From positions 1-25,172 of the forward strand of contig JACRKZ010000052.1 of the NCBI GenBank assembly GCA_016235455.1: a stretch of DNA of 25,172 nucleotides, written 5' to 3'. The translations under genes and the position numbers were made by a program. Under the pieces are notes generated by a model. It worked only from the letters and a program-made list of their open reading frames with translations. It had not been told where the DNA came from and made no database searches. Shown in pieces: positions 8,901 through 15,862 of this stretch. Position 1 is the first letter of the stretch, and each line of letters begins with the position of its first letter. Source of the DNA: Armatimonadota bacterium. Its GTDB lineage: Bacteria > Armatimonadota > UBA10988.

Positions 8901-10053
8901 CGGCAGCGGTGAGCGCGGGCAGTGGCGAGACGATGCCATAGCCGTCGGTTGGGCCCCAACTGTTGGAGATGACATCCGCGCCGTTGTCGGTGGCGAAGGT
9001 GAAGGCCTCCGCTTCGATGCTGACCGTCATGGCCATGCCGAGCATGCGGATGGGGATGAGCTGGCACGACGGAGCGATACCGGACACACCGATGCCGTTC
9101 TGCGCCGCGGCGGCGATGCCGGCGCAGGCGGTGCCGTGCATGTCGCCGGTCTCGGGGCTGGGGTCGCCGTCGTTGTCGAGGACGTCGCGCATGGCGGCGA
9201 ACTTCGTGGCCGCCGGCTGGAAGTCAGGGTGCCGGAGATCGCAGCCATCGTCGAGGATAGCGATCTTGATGGAGCCGCCGGTGGTCAGATCCCAGGCGCG
9301 CTTGGCGTTGACATCGGCCCCCACCGTGCCGCCCGGGACCGAGCCGACCCGGCCGGTGTTGTTCAGGTGCCACTGACGCGGGAACAGCGGGTCGGTGGGC
9401 GTCAGCCGCGAGGCCAGGGGGGCGGCCGCCGATCGTTCCAGGCCGCGGGCCCGCATGCTACGCAGCAGGTCGGGCTCGGAAAAGATGGTCTGCTCGTTCT
9501 CGTACAAGCGGTTGGCGACAGACACGCCGGTCTGGGTGGCCAGGTCGTTGACCGCGCAAAGGTAAGCGCCCGGCAGCCAGCGGTAGGCTTCCAGCACGTG
9601 GAACCCGTAGGTGCGCTGGAGTTCGGCCAACACGGCGGGCGAGGGGGTCGAGCGGAAGCGCACCACGAACTGACCCAGGTCCACCTGCATGGCGGGGCCT
9701 TGGCCGTACGTGGGCAGCAGTACCTGGGTCGCGGTGTCCTTGCCGACCTGGGCCGACAGTGAGGCCACGGCGCCCGCGCTACGCGTCGGCGCGGCCAGCA
9801 CGGCCACGTTGTAGCGCTTGAGATAGGTCGACTGCGTGCTGTTGTAGTTGGCGCGCAGCCGCGGCATGGCGCGTGATGCACCAGCACCAGCGGCATTGAG
9901 CTTCACACCCACGAACTGGTCCGACGGCACCAACGGGATACGTTGGCCCTTGTTCCAGTAATAGGTGTCCAGTGACCAGCCCGGCAGGGCAGTCATGGCC
10001 AGCAAGCCGACAACCCAGGCCAGCAGCGGAAAACGAACCTTGGATGACAGCAT
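5929..10053 (-). CDS. Secreted S8 (subtilisin/kexin-like) serine protease with tandem beta-repeats, Ig-like (Big_1-like) domain and FlgD-Ig-like C-terminus (~1374 aa)
   Basis: Signal peptide from ATG 10053 (MLSSKVRFPLLAWVVGLLAMTALPGWS). Catalytic triad ILDDG / HGTACAG / GTSAACP; oxyanion ASGNG; DPLF..QWHL.N. LPADG...V.LTLTVRD is Ig-like. C-terminus has WNGLDNAGRPLPAGVY. Confidence 0.9.
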   Translation of the reverse strand: MLSSKVRFPLLAWVVGLLAMTALPGWSLDTYYWNKGQRIPLVPSDQFVGVKLNAAGAGASRAMPRLRANYNSTQSTYLKRYNVAVLAAPTRSAGAVASLSAQVGKDTATQVLLPTYGQGPAMQVDLGQFVVRFRSTPSPAVLAELQRTYGFHVLEAYRWLPGAYLCAVNDLATQTGVSVANRLYENEQTIFSEPDLLRSMRARGLERSAAAPLASRLTPTDPLFPRQWHLNNTGRVGSVPGGTVGADVNAKRAWDLTTGGSIKIAILDDGCDLRHPDFQPAATKFAAMRDVLDNDGDPSPETGDMHGTACAGIAAAAQNGIGVSGIAPSCQLIPIRMLGMAMTVSIEAEAFTFATDNGADVISNSWGPTDGYGIVSPLPALTAAAIDNAVTNGRGGLGCVVTWASGNGSPIDSTDDDGYASNPQVLNVGASTWNDTKSSFSETGTSLDCVAPGGSGDDVPEHSILTTDNVGASGYTASNYTTGIDFSGTSAACPLAAGVAALALSVNPSLTSAQAMALLENTAVKIDSAAGAYDVNGHSNRYGYGRLDAYAAASAAVTGPRITVSVNTLNGPSVGGRLMDDTNAVVITSVLGGTSHTTNVWDGTPKTVLCDAGSTLSVSTTDSAGSTQSRWQIAPGQQNSVTVGSSDASLSFDYYNQVSASLSTQVPADAAPLTTGNEATVSYVSLGQAASVAVAATPVRAWVDAGSTLTYSARTAGTTADQRWLLFNDTPVNFTVTLANRELSPTYYQQIRPTITLSGATRNNPVTVTNHMLYGVSQATTPVDAYGTWSNWADVGSLIGFSERSKGSPTLVAQGTRSFTVTVGLNGTVLYDILAVAGMSGLTASGNDLPADGATDVVLTLTVRDSAGQALAGIAAARLTVTADNNDGLTITPPTTPSDANGQAIFRAHRSVDGPVVFRGNVDGEAVSNSVTVTFLRVMDITLPVPGLYLTTFPITVPNSSEQIANFNVAPKPTRLAGYNEDLMAYQAFDPAAPSSFFNIAPGKGWFLQTTVPGSIRLYGTWNTSASAQPTYQFDMAKAAYHLIGNPRPDQPLAFRMQDVRVYVNGVDQGDLRTQANWSIVDPFLWAFNGHTYELVMDPNMAGADGVRSQLEVFEGAFWRTRTANVRIVVAPGSVARAAAPTSASNFGFSLVAAAGEETSRVIVGAQSAALRSVRPPAPAGAAGGVMLEVLAADGSRAAADFVGGAVVNEATWRLKVSGSNGRQVTLSWPSLLRQLPAGYRARLIDPTSGRVVALNTTGSYVVNSDRELVLSVAPRAAGALAVQSFQPTTTRGGSTEFDVTLSAPAELIVQVASLTGRLVAQTAPVQGDGPTRIVWNGLDNAGRPLPAGVYNVTLIARNDQGDTVRAVRTVRLR

Positions 10054-10288
10054 CTTCAACCCCCGCCCAGCGGTCTGCTCGACGCTATCCGTCGGCCCCG
10101 CTACGGCGCGCATGTTGTTTCAGACACCGGGAGGCAACGAGAAGGGCGCGTTCTCTCGATGCCAAGCCGAAATCGACCCTACCGGGGGAGCCAGGTCGAC
10201 TCGTACTCGCCTGCCACCCGTCCAGCACCAGTACCGGCCCGCGGGCCAATGGCGCGCAGACTCGCAGCCACCAAAGATGGCACACGTC

Positions 10289-10318
10289 ATCCTAGCACAT
10301 TCGAAGTTGGCCGGTCAA
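10289..10318 (-). promoter_or_regulatory. Sigma70-type promoter with extended -10 for the S8 protease gene; -35 overlapped by an inverted repeat
   Basis: Minus strand TTGACC (10318-10313), 18-nt spacer ending in TGc, TAGGAT (10294-10289). Inverted repeat GAAGTTG-N6-CAACTTC at 10303-10322. Confidence 0.55.
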
Positions 10319-10463
10319 CTTCATCTCGCCTTCGAAGTCGGTGTCTCGTTGCCTGGCCGAGACCGGCGAGTCAGGGCTGTCACCGGGCTCTGCCCGCCGC
10401 CGCCGCGCGCGGTCGGCGCGCGACCCGACCGGACGAGAAGCGCACCACCACCGTGTGGGTCGG

Positions 10464-10493
10464 TTGACCAACGGCCGGCGTCTGGCCTATACT
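10464..10493 (+). promoter_or_regulatory. Sigma70-type promoter of the tRNA-Pro/tRNA-Gly unit
   Basis: TTGACC (10464-10469), 18-nt spacer, TATACT (10488-10493), 11 nt before tRNA-Pro. Confidence 0.75.
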
Positions 10494-10504
10494 GACGGTA
10501 CCGG

Positions 10505-10582
10505 CGGGGTGTAGCTCAGTTTGGCTAGAGCGCGGGCTTTGGGAGCCTGAGGCCGGAGGTTCAAATCCTCTCGCCCCGACCA
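10505..10582 (+). tRNA. tRNA-Pro (anticodon TGG), CCA encoded
   Basis: Acceptor CGGGGTG/CGCCCCG, D-arm GCTC..GAGC, anticodon arm CGGGC-TT TGG GA-GCCTG, T-loop TTCAAAT, ends ACCA. Confidence 0.96.
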
Positions 10583-10590
10583 CTTACCTT

Positions 10591-10661
<71 letters not shown>

Positions 10662-10666
10662 TTCCC

Positions 10667-11344
10667 ATGAACCAACCCTTCTCGCCAGGCTGTGTCCGTC
10701 GGTTGGACCACGCCAACCTCGTGGTGCGCGATCTTGTCGCCGCCACCGCCTTCTACCGCGACCGGCTCGGACTGCGGCCCGTGCTGGAGCGCCGCCTGCA
10801 GGACTCCTGGATCGGTCAGGTGGTGGGCCTGCCCGGGGCCGTGATGGACTGCGTCATCCTGGAGGCGCCCGACGGCGGGGCTCGCCTCGAGCTGCTGTCC
10901 TACGTGCGGCCCGAGCCTTTCGTCGCCGGCGACGTCAGCGCTCCGCACGCGTTCGGGCTGCGCCACGTGGCCTTCGACGTGGACGATCTCGACGCGGTAT
11001 GGCGGCGCTTGAGCGAGTCTGGCGTCACACTGCTCTCAGAGCCGGTTGAGGTACCGTTCCCGGTGGCTGGCCGGCGCAAGCGCCTGGCCTACCTGCTGGA
11101 CCCCGAGGGCGTGCTGCTGGAACTGGCCGAATACAGCGAGATGACCATGGAACAGACGATCAAGGTGCCCGACATGATGTGTGCCGCGTGCGCGGCGAAG
11201 ATCGAGGCGGCGCTGCGCGCCGTGGCCGGTGTGGAGGCGGTGGTGTGCACACCGCCGACCAAGACCGTTAAGGTCACCGGCCAGGCCGGTGTGGAGGCCA
11301 TCGTCGCGGCCATCCGCGGGGCGGGCTTCAGCCCCACCGAGTGA
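10667..11344 (+). CDS. VOC (glyoxalase/bleomycin-resistance/epimerase) family protein fused to a C-terminal heavy-metal-associated (HMA/CopZ-like) domain
   Basis: VOC motifs LDHANLVVRDL....AFY..LGL, LELL, GLRHVAFDVDDL, DPEG..LELAE. These continue in frame into MEQTIKVPDMMCAAC..KIE.AL..V.GV (MxCxxC HMA motif). Confidence 0.8.
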   Translation: MNQPFSPGCVRRLDHANLVVRDLVAATAFYRDRLGLRPVLERRLQDSWIGQVVGLPGAVMDCVILEAPDGGARLELLSYVRPEPFVAGDVSAPHAFGLRHVAFDVDDLDAVWRRLSESGVTLLSEPVEVPFPVAGRRKRLAYLLDPEGVLLELAEYSEMTMEQTIKVPDMMCAACAAKIEAALRAVAGVEAVVCTPPTKTVKVTGQAGVEAIVAAIRGAGFSPTE

Positions 11345-11392
11345 CTTGGAGCGCGCGCCCGCGTGGACGTCGCGAAGGCGAACGCGCAGCGG

Positions 11393-11421
11393 TTGACAGA
11401 AACGCGCCGGGTCGGTATCAT
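11393..11421 (+). promoter_or_regulatory. Sigma70-type promoter of tRNA-Val (probably also rpsR)
   Basis: TTGACA (11393-11398), 17-nt spacer, TATCAT (11416-11421). Confidence 0.8.
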
Positions 11422-11434
11422 CTCGCCTTGCTAC

Positions 11435-11508
11435 GGGCGCGTAGCTCAGTTGGTTAGAGCGCATGCTTGACATGCATGAGGTCAGGGGTTCAAGTCCCTT
11501 CGCGCCCA
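11435..11508 (+). tRNA. tRNA-Val (anticodon GAC), CCA not encoded
   Basis: Acceptor GGGCGCG/CGCGCCC plus discriminator A; anticodon arm CATGC-TT GAC AT-GCATG; T-loop TTCAAGT. Confidence 0.96.
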
Positions 11509-11598
11509 TCTCTGACTGCCTTTGCGCGTGGTCTGGTTCCTTTGGGTGCCGTGATGCGTCGAGCTGGCTGAGAACGAGCGTGTTGAGGAGTGCACCAG

Positions 11599-11820
11599 AT
11601 GGGCAAGCGATACGGCCGCCGTGGCGCGCCGGTGGTGATGGATCCGGACAACGAGCTGGACTACAAGAATCATGGTCTTTTGGTCAGGTTTCTGACCGAG
11701 CGTGGCAAGATCTTGCCGCGCCGCCAGACTGGTCTCAGCGCCCGCTACCAGCGTCTGCTTACGCAGGCCATCAAGCGCGCTCGCGACATCGGTCTGCTGC
11801 CGTATCAGCGCGAGGACTAG
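11599..11820 (+). CDS. rpsR: 30S ribosomal protein S18 (cysteine-free form)
   Basis: [22 protein letters not shown]....QR.L..AIKRAR..GLLPY; RBS GAGGAG at 11585-11590 before ATG 11599. Confidence 0.95.
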   Translation: MGKRYGRRGAPVVMDPDNELDYKNHGLLVRFLTERGKILPRRQTGLSARYQRLLTQAIKRARDIGLLPYQRED

Positions 11821-11842
11821 TCCTCCGCGAAGCGGTGACCGC

Positions 11843-11895
11843 GAAGACGCCCGACCTGACGGCCTTGGCCGGCTCGGTTCGGGCGTTTCTGCTTT
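11843..11895 (+). terminator. Probable intrinsic terminator after rpsR
   Basis: ACGCCCGA (11847-11854) pairs with TCGGGCGT (11879-11886), with an inner CGGCC/GGCCG stem, followed by TTCTGCTTT. Confidence 0.55.
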
Positions 11896-11908
11896 GGGAG
11901 GCCACCAG

Positions 11909-13444
11909 GTGAGTCGATCAGGCGCGGGCTCGCTGGCGGCGATGGCGGCTGGCTCCGGCCAGCGGGTCATGCTGCGCGGGCCGGCCGTGACCGACTACCT
12001 GGTGGGCAGCCTGCTGTTCTGCGCGCGCCACCCCGATGACCTGGCTGAACTGGCGCCGCGCGCGCTCGGCTGGTATCGGCATCTCTGCGCTCACGATATC
12101 CGCCTGCCGCTCGGTGTGGTGCTCGATCTGGGCTACATGCTGCTGTCGGGTGACGACTTCCGTTTCCGTGACTACTTCGCCGACCGCCGCCTGAGTCGCG
12201 CCGAGCAGGTGCTGCGTGAGCAGTACGAGCAGCGTGTGCTGCTCCGTCGACTGCAGGAGTCGGCCTTTGCTCGGCTGTCGAGTCTGCTGCGCGGGCAGCG
12301 CGAGCAGGACGAGGCGCTGGCCTTGGTGCTCGAGATCCTGCTGCGGCCCATCGCGGCGCGGCTCAGCCAGCGGTACGAGTTCGACCTCGGCGCCGTGGGC
12401 GACCTCGACGTGCAGCCGCGGCGGCTGGCCGACCGGCTGGCTCTGTTCGAGTCGACCGTGGAGCGGCCGGGGGTGGTACTCGGGCAGGTGGAAGAGGTGG
12501 TTCGCGCCGCCGGCCTGCTCGACCTCGACCAGCGGCTGGCCGACGAGGACTTCTACGAGATTGAGCACATCCGTGTCTTCCCGCGCGCCAGCCTGCGCGA
12601 AGTGGCGCGCGGCATCAAGCGCGCCGAACGCGTGCTGGGCAGCCTGCCGCGCATCGACGCCCGCGGCCTGCGCGAGCGGGCGCTGGCGCGCACCAACCTG
12701 AGCAGCGTAGGCACCTATCCCGTGGGCGGCATCGCCGAGATCAGCACACGCGGCCCTATCGAGAACCTGGTGCCCTCGGAGTTGCTCTATCTCGAGCGCG
12801 GTCGTGAGCTGGACCTGTTCAGCCTGCGCTACGCGGAGAACGAACTGCTGCGCTGGTTGCGCGACGGCGCGGTGCTGCATCTCATGCGGCGCACGATGGT
12901 CTTCTACCTGGACGAGTCGGACGCGCTGTTGGGCCCGGTGACCGTGGGCGACGCCGAGCGTGGCCTGCGCGGCGTGAAGCTGCTGCGCTGCGTGTTAGGC
13001 TTGGTGCTGTCGCTGGTGAGTGATCTGGTGCGAGTCTTCGCGCATGACGACGTGCGTTTCGAGTTGCGGCTGGTGCAGCCCGAGGGCGCGGCCGCCGCGC
13101 TCGGTGCCGAGCGACGTGAGGTGGCCGAGGTGCTGCGGCTGCTGCTGGCCGACCGCGAAGCCGCTGGTATGGCTACGGTGACTGTCGATCAGGGGTCGCT
13201 GGCGGACCTGATTGCCGCGCGCCGTGCCGACACCAGCCGGGCAGTGACCATCGTCGGCCTGGCGCCGCGTGAGCAGCTAGTGGGGCTGGACGGGCTGCGC
13301 CTCAACCACGGGCAGCGTCTGGTGATGCAACCGATCCGGGTCGGCAACGAGCCGGCGACCGACGGCGCGATCGACTTCACGCTGGACCCGATCGCCAGCC
13401 TGCGGGCAGCGCGCGCGCGGCTGCTGGGGAGGATGTTCGCCTGA
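11909..13444 (+). CDS. Divergent vWA-type protein resembling the vWA component of MoxR-vWA ternary systems (~511 aa)
   Basis: GTG 11909 with RBS GGGAGG. Conserved-looking block YPVGGIAEISTRGPIENLVPSELLYLE...DLFSLRYAENELLRWLRD, followed by strand MVFYLDESD (degenerate MIDAS position). Family assignment is from recollection. Confidence 0.6.
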   Translation: MSRSGAGSLAAMAAGSGQRVMLRGPAVTDYLVGSLLFCARHPDDLAELAPRALGWYRHLCAHDIRLPLGVVLDLGYMLLSGDDFRFRDYFADRRLSRAEQVLREQYEQRVLLRRLQESAFARLSSLLRGQREQDEALALVLEILLRPIAARLSQRYEFDLGAVGDLDVQPRRLADRLALFESTVERPGVVLGQVEEVVRAAGLLDLDQRLADEDFYEIEHIRVFPRASLREVARGIKRAERVLGSLPRIDARGLRERALARTNLSSVGTYPVGGIAEISTRGPIENLVPSELLYLERGRELDLFSLRYAENELLRWLRDGAVLHLMRRTMVFYLDESDALLGPVTVGDAERGLRGVKLLRCVLGLVLSLVSDLVRVFAHDDVRFELRLVQPEGAAAALGAERREVAEVLRLLLADREAAGMATVTVDQGSLADLIAARRADTSRAVTIVGLAPREQLVGLDGLRLNHGQRLVMQPIRVGNEPATDGAIDFTLDPIASLRAARARLLGRMFA

Positions 13445-14748
13445 TGCCCGACCTCTACTTCGCCAGCACCGAGGAGCTTGTGGCTGGGCTGAGCCTGATC
13501 AGTGATCCGGCGGCCTGGCAGCGCCCGGCGCGGAGGGTGCAGTTGCTGGGTCCCGAGGGTCAGACGGCCTGGGTCATCCAGAGCGAGACGCCGGTGCCTG
13601 GTGCAGGCGCCTCGGTGGGCGCGTTGAGTCGCGAGGGTGAGCGCATCGTCGTGCGTACCCGAGAGGCCGAGCGCGTCTACGGCGTGGCGGAAGTGCGCGA
13701 TCTGGCGGCGCTGGGCCAAGCGGTGCCGTTGGCGCCGCGCCGTGGTGAGCCGGCCTCGACGACCTATGTCGAGATCTCTGATGGGCAACGCTTCCGCGAG
13801 GCCATCCGCCAGAACCTGATGCTGGGCAACGATCAGATCGGCGTGCTGGTGGTGGCTGGCGGGCGCGCCTTGCTGCGCGTGGAGCGGCTCAGCGGCTTTC
13901 TGCGCGAGGCGTGGTTGGCCGATCCTGCGCTGACCCTCTATCAGCCTTCGACCGAGCAGCCGCGGCTGCTGCTGCCTTGGGGCTGGGACCATCCGCTGGC
14001 CCGGCACGTCAGGGTCGCCGGCGACCGCGACTTCTGGCTGGTCGACAAGCAAGGCGCGTGGAACCGGGTGAGCGGCGGGTTCCGCGATGTCTATGACCAC
14101 CTCAGCCTCGACCCTGAGGGCCTGCGCACGGAGACCTGGACGGCAGCCACGGCGCTGCCGCGGGTGCAGGTAGCGCTGCGGCTGGAGCCCACCGATTCTG
14201 CTGACCGGCCCACGCTGTGGCGGCTGGCTCCGGCGGATCGACCGGCCCTCGACCGCCTGCTGAGCGAGTCGGCCGAGAGCGAACTGGCCACGCTCCAGGC
14301 CGCCTGCCTGGACGTGGGTGATCGCGGTGAGCCGACCATCTTCATTTGTGAGCGACCCGGCACCACCAACCGCATGCCCCCGCCGATCACCGGTGGCCAG
14401 GCCTTCGTCGGTCGCCTCGCCACCGAGCACTTGTACGTGCCCGTGGGGCTCAGGCTGGCACCGTTCCTGTCGCGTCGTGGCCTGGTGGAGACGCTCTGCC
14501 TGGCCGACGACCACCTGACGCTGGTTGAGCCCGGCGAGGGCGAGACCATCCGCCTGCTGCGCGTGCCACGCTCGGCTTTGAGGCCCGTGGTGGACCTCGT
14601 CGACTACCTCGTGGCCGAGGCCGAGACCGAGGTGGCATCGCTCCTGGACACCGTGCGCGTGGATCTGGACCTGGATGCCGCGCCCGACGACTCGAGCAAG
14701 GGCGGCGATGGTCGGCGCAGCCTGTGGCAGCGCCTGCTTCACCGCTGA
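13444..14748 (+). CDS. Hypothetical protein (434 aa), translationally coupled to the vWA-like gene; resembles the FtsH-ternary-system 'X7'-type accessory protein
   Basis: TGATG overlap at 13442-13446. Motifs L.LGND.....ALLRV, PWGWDHPL, LYVPVG.RL.P. Family resemblance is recalled, not searched. Confidence 0.6.
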   Translation: MPDLYFASTEELVAGLSLISDPAAWQRPARRVQLLGPEGQTAWVIQSETPVPGAGASVGALSREGERIVVRTREAERVYGVAEVRDLAALGQAVPLAPRRGEPASTTYVEISDGQRFREAIRQNLMLGNDQIGVLVVAGGRALLRVERLSGFLREAWLADPALTLYQPSTEQPRLLLPWGWDHPLARHVRVAGDRDFWLVDKQGAWNRVSGGFRDVYDHLSLDPEGLRTETWTAATALPRVQVALRLEPTDSADRPTLWRLAPADRPALDRLLSESAESELATLQAACLDVGDRGEPTIFICERPGTTNRMPPPITGGQAFVGRLATEHLYVPVGLRLAPFLSRRGLVETLCLADDHLTLVEPGEGETIRLLRVPRSALRPVVDLVDYLVAEAETEVASLLDTVRVDLDLDAAPDDSSKGGDGRRSLWQRLLHR

Positions 14749-15851
14749 AGCCAGCGCTCGATGGCTCGCGCCAGGCCACGCCCGAAGGCGCGCGCCTTGT
14801 CCGGCGTCACCTCCTGCCCGTCGACCACCGCATAGGGGAACTCCAATGCGGTGGCGGTGACGGTGTCCGAGAGCGACGCCGCCCAGCGGGCGAACGAGCG
14901 GCCGTCGGTGGTGTTGGCGTCGGTGTTCCAGGCCGTGCCATACGGCAGGTTGCGTGCGGCGGAGTAGGGTAGCGGCCCGTGGTCCGTGCCCTCCAGCTGG
15001 GCGGCGAGGGCCAGTGCGCGCCGCCAGTTGTCCTGCTCTGGCCCGCCGACGAAGTACGGATGCTCGTTCCATTCACCGCGGATCCAGGGGCAATGGAGAT
15101 CGAGTGCCAGCCGCAGCCGGCCGGCCGACCAGGCCGGCACCTCGGCCATCAGCGACTTGACCGCGGCGTAGCGCGCGCGCTCGTCGTAGTCGCGGTTGTG
15201 GTCGCGCGGGCGACGGTTCTTGCCCTGGTCTCCCTGCTCCACGCCGTCCTTGTCCACGAAAGGCACCACCATGGCCTCGACGTTCAGAGCGCACCACGGC
15301 GAGGCCAGCAAGCCGTCGACCACACCCTCCAACATGTAGCTGGCCATGGCCTCGCAGCAGTGGTGCCGCGCGGTGAACAACAGGCGATGCGGCGCCGTGC
15401 CATCCAGACGACCAAGGCGCAGTCGCTCCACCGGCCGGTCGTGCTCGCTGCGGCACAGCGTCTCGACTACCCAGCCGGGCCGCCCGCTGCGGCCCGCGAC
15501 GAAGGCCTGCCAGTCGGCCTGCAGGTAGGGAATGTGCATGGCGAAGCGCACGTCGGGCGAGTCGGGCACGTGGTACCGGAACGACTGGCCATTGACGGCC
15601 TCGGCGCCCAGCCAGCGCCAGGTGGCGCCGGCGTCGTCACTGACCGCCGGGCCGCGGCCGGCCAGCGGGTTGCTGCCAGTGAACGTGATGTGGACGTCGC
15701 GGCCCTGGGCGTCACGCAGGCGGAAGGCCCAGTAGAACCAGTCGGTCGTGGTGTCGCGCAGGTCCTGGCGCACGCGGGCGGTGGTCTCGGTGGTCTGCTC
15801 GACGACGATGTTGCCGCCAGGGAAGTCGGCGTCGATGGCCAAGGGCAGCAT
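14739..15851 (-). CDS. M14 family zinc carboxypeptidase, cytosolic-carboxypeptidase-like (~370 aa)
   Basis: ATG 15851 with AGGAG RBS. N-domain motifs DFPGGN and WFYWAF; zinc motif ARHHCCE (HxxE); DHNRDY; LDLHCP; ALEFP. No signal peptide. Confidence 0.8.
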   Translation of the reverse strand: MLPLAIDADFPGGNIVVEQTTETTARVRQDLRDTTTDWFYWAFRLRDAQGRDVHITFTGSNPLAGRGPAVSDDAGATWRWLGAEAVNGQSFRYHVPDSPDVRFAMHIPYLQADWQAFVAGRSGRPGWVVETLCRSEHDRPVERLRLGRLDGTAPHRLLFTARHHCCEAMASYMLEGVVDGLLASPWCALNVEAMVVPFVDKDGVEQGDQGKNRRPRDHNRDYDERARYAAVKSLMAEVPAWSAGRLRLALDLHCPWIRGEWNEHPYFVGGPEQDNWRRALALAAQLEGTDHGPLPYSAARNLPYGTAWNTDANTTDGRSFARWAASLSDTVTATALEFPYAVVDGQEVTPDKARAFGRGLARAIERWLQR

Positions 15852-15862
15852 GGCGGGCTCCT

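Noticed and set aside
102-9762. Long alternative-frame ORFs (e.g. 102-1013 +, 3869-4936 +, 4176-5870 -, 6781-7623 +, 8158-9762 +)
   Set aside because: Antisense or shifted-frame shadows of well-supported genes. They are expected in high-GC DNA, are Arg/Gly/Ala-rich and show no motifs.
9965-10583. ORFs 9965-10495 (+), 10085-10285 (-), 10159-10467 (+), 10380-10583 (-)
   Set aside because: No recognisable motifs or RBS. They overlap promoters or are antisense translations of tRNAs (GARGFEP pattern).
11702-11908. N-terminal extension of the 580-aa ORF
   Set aside because: It overlaps rpsR and its terminator. GTG 11909 has a strong RBS.
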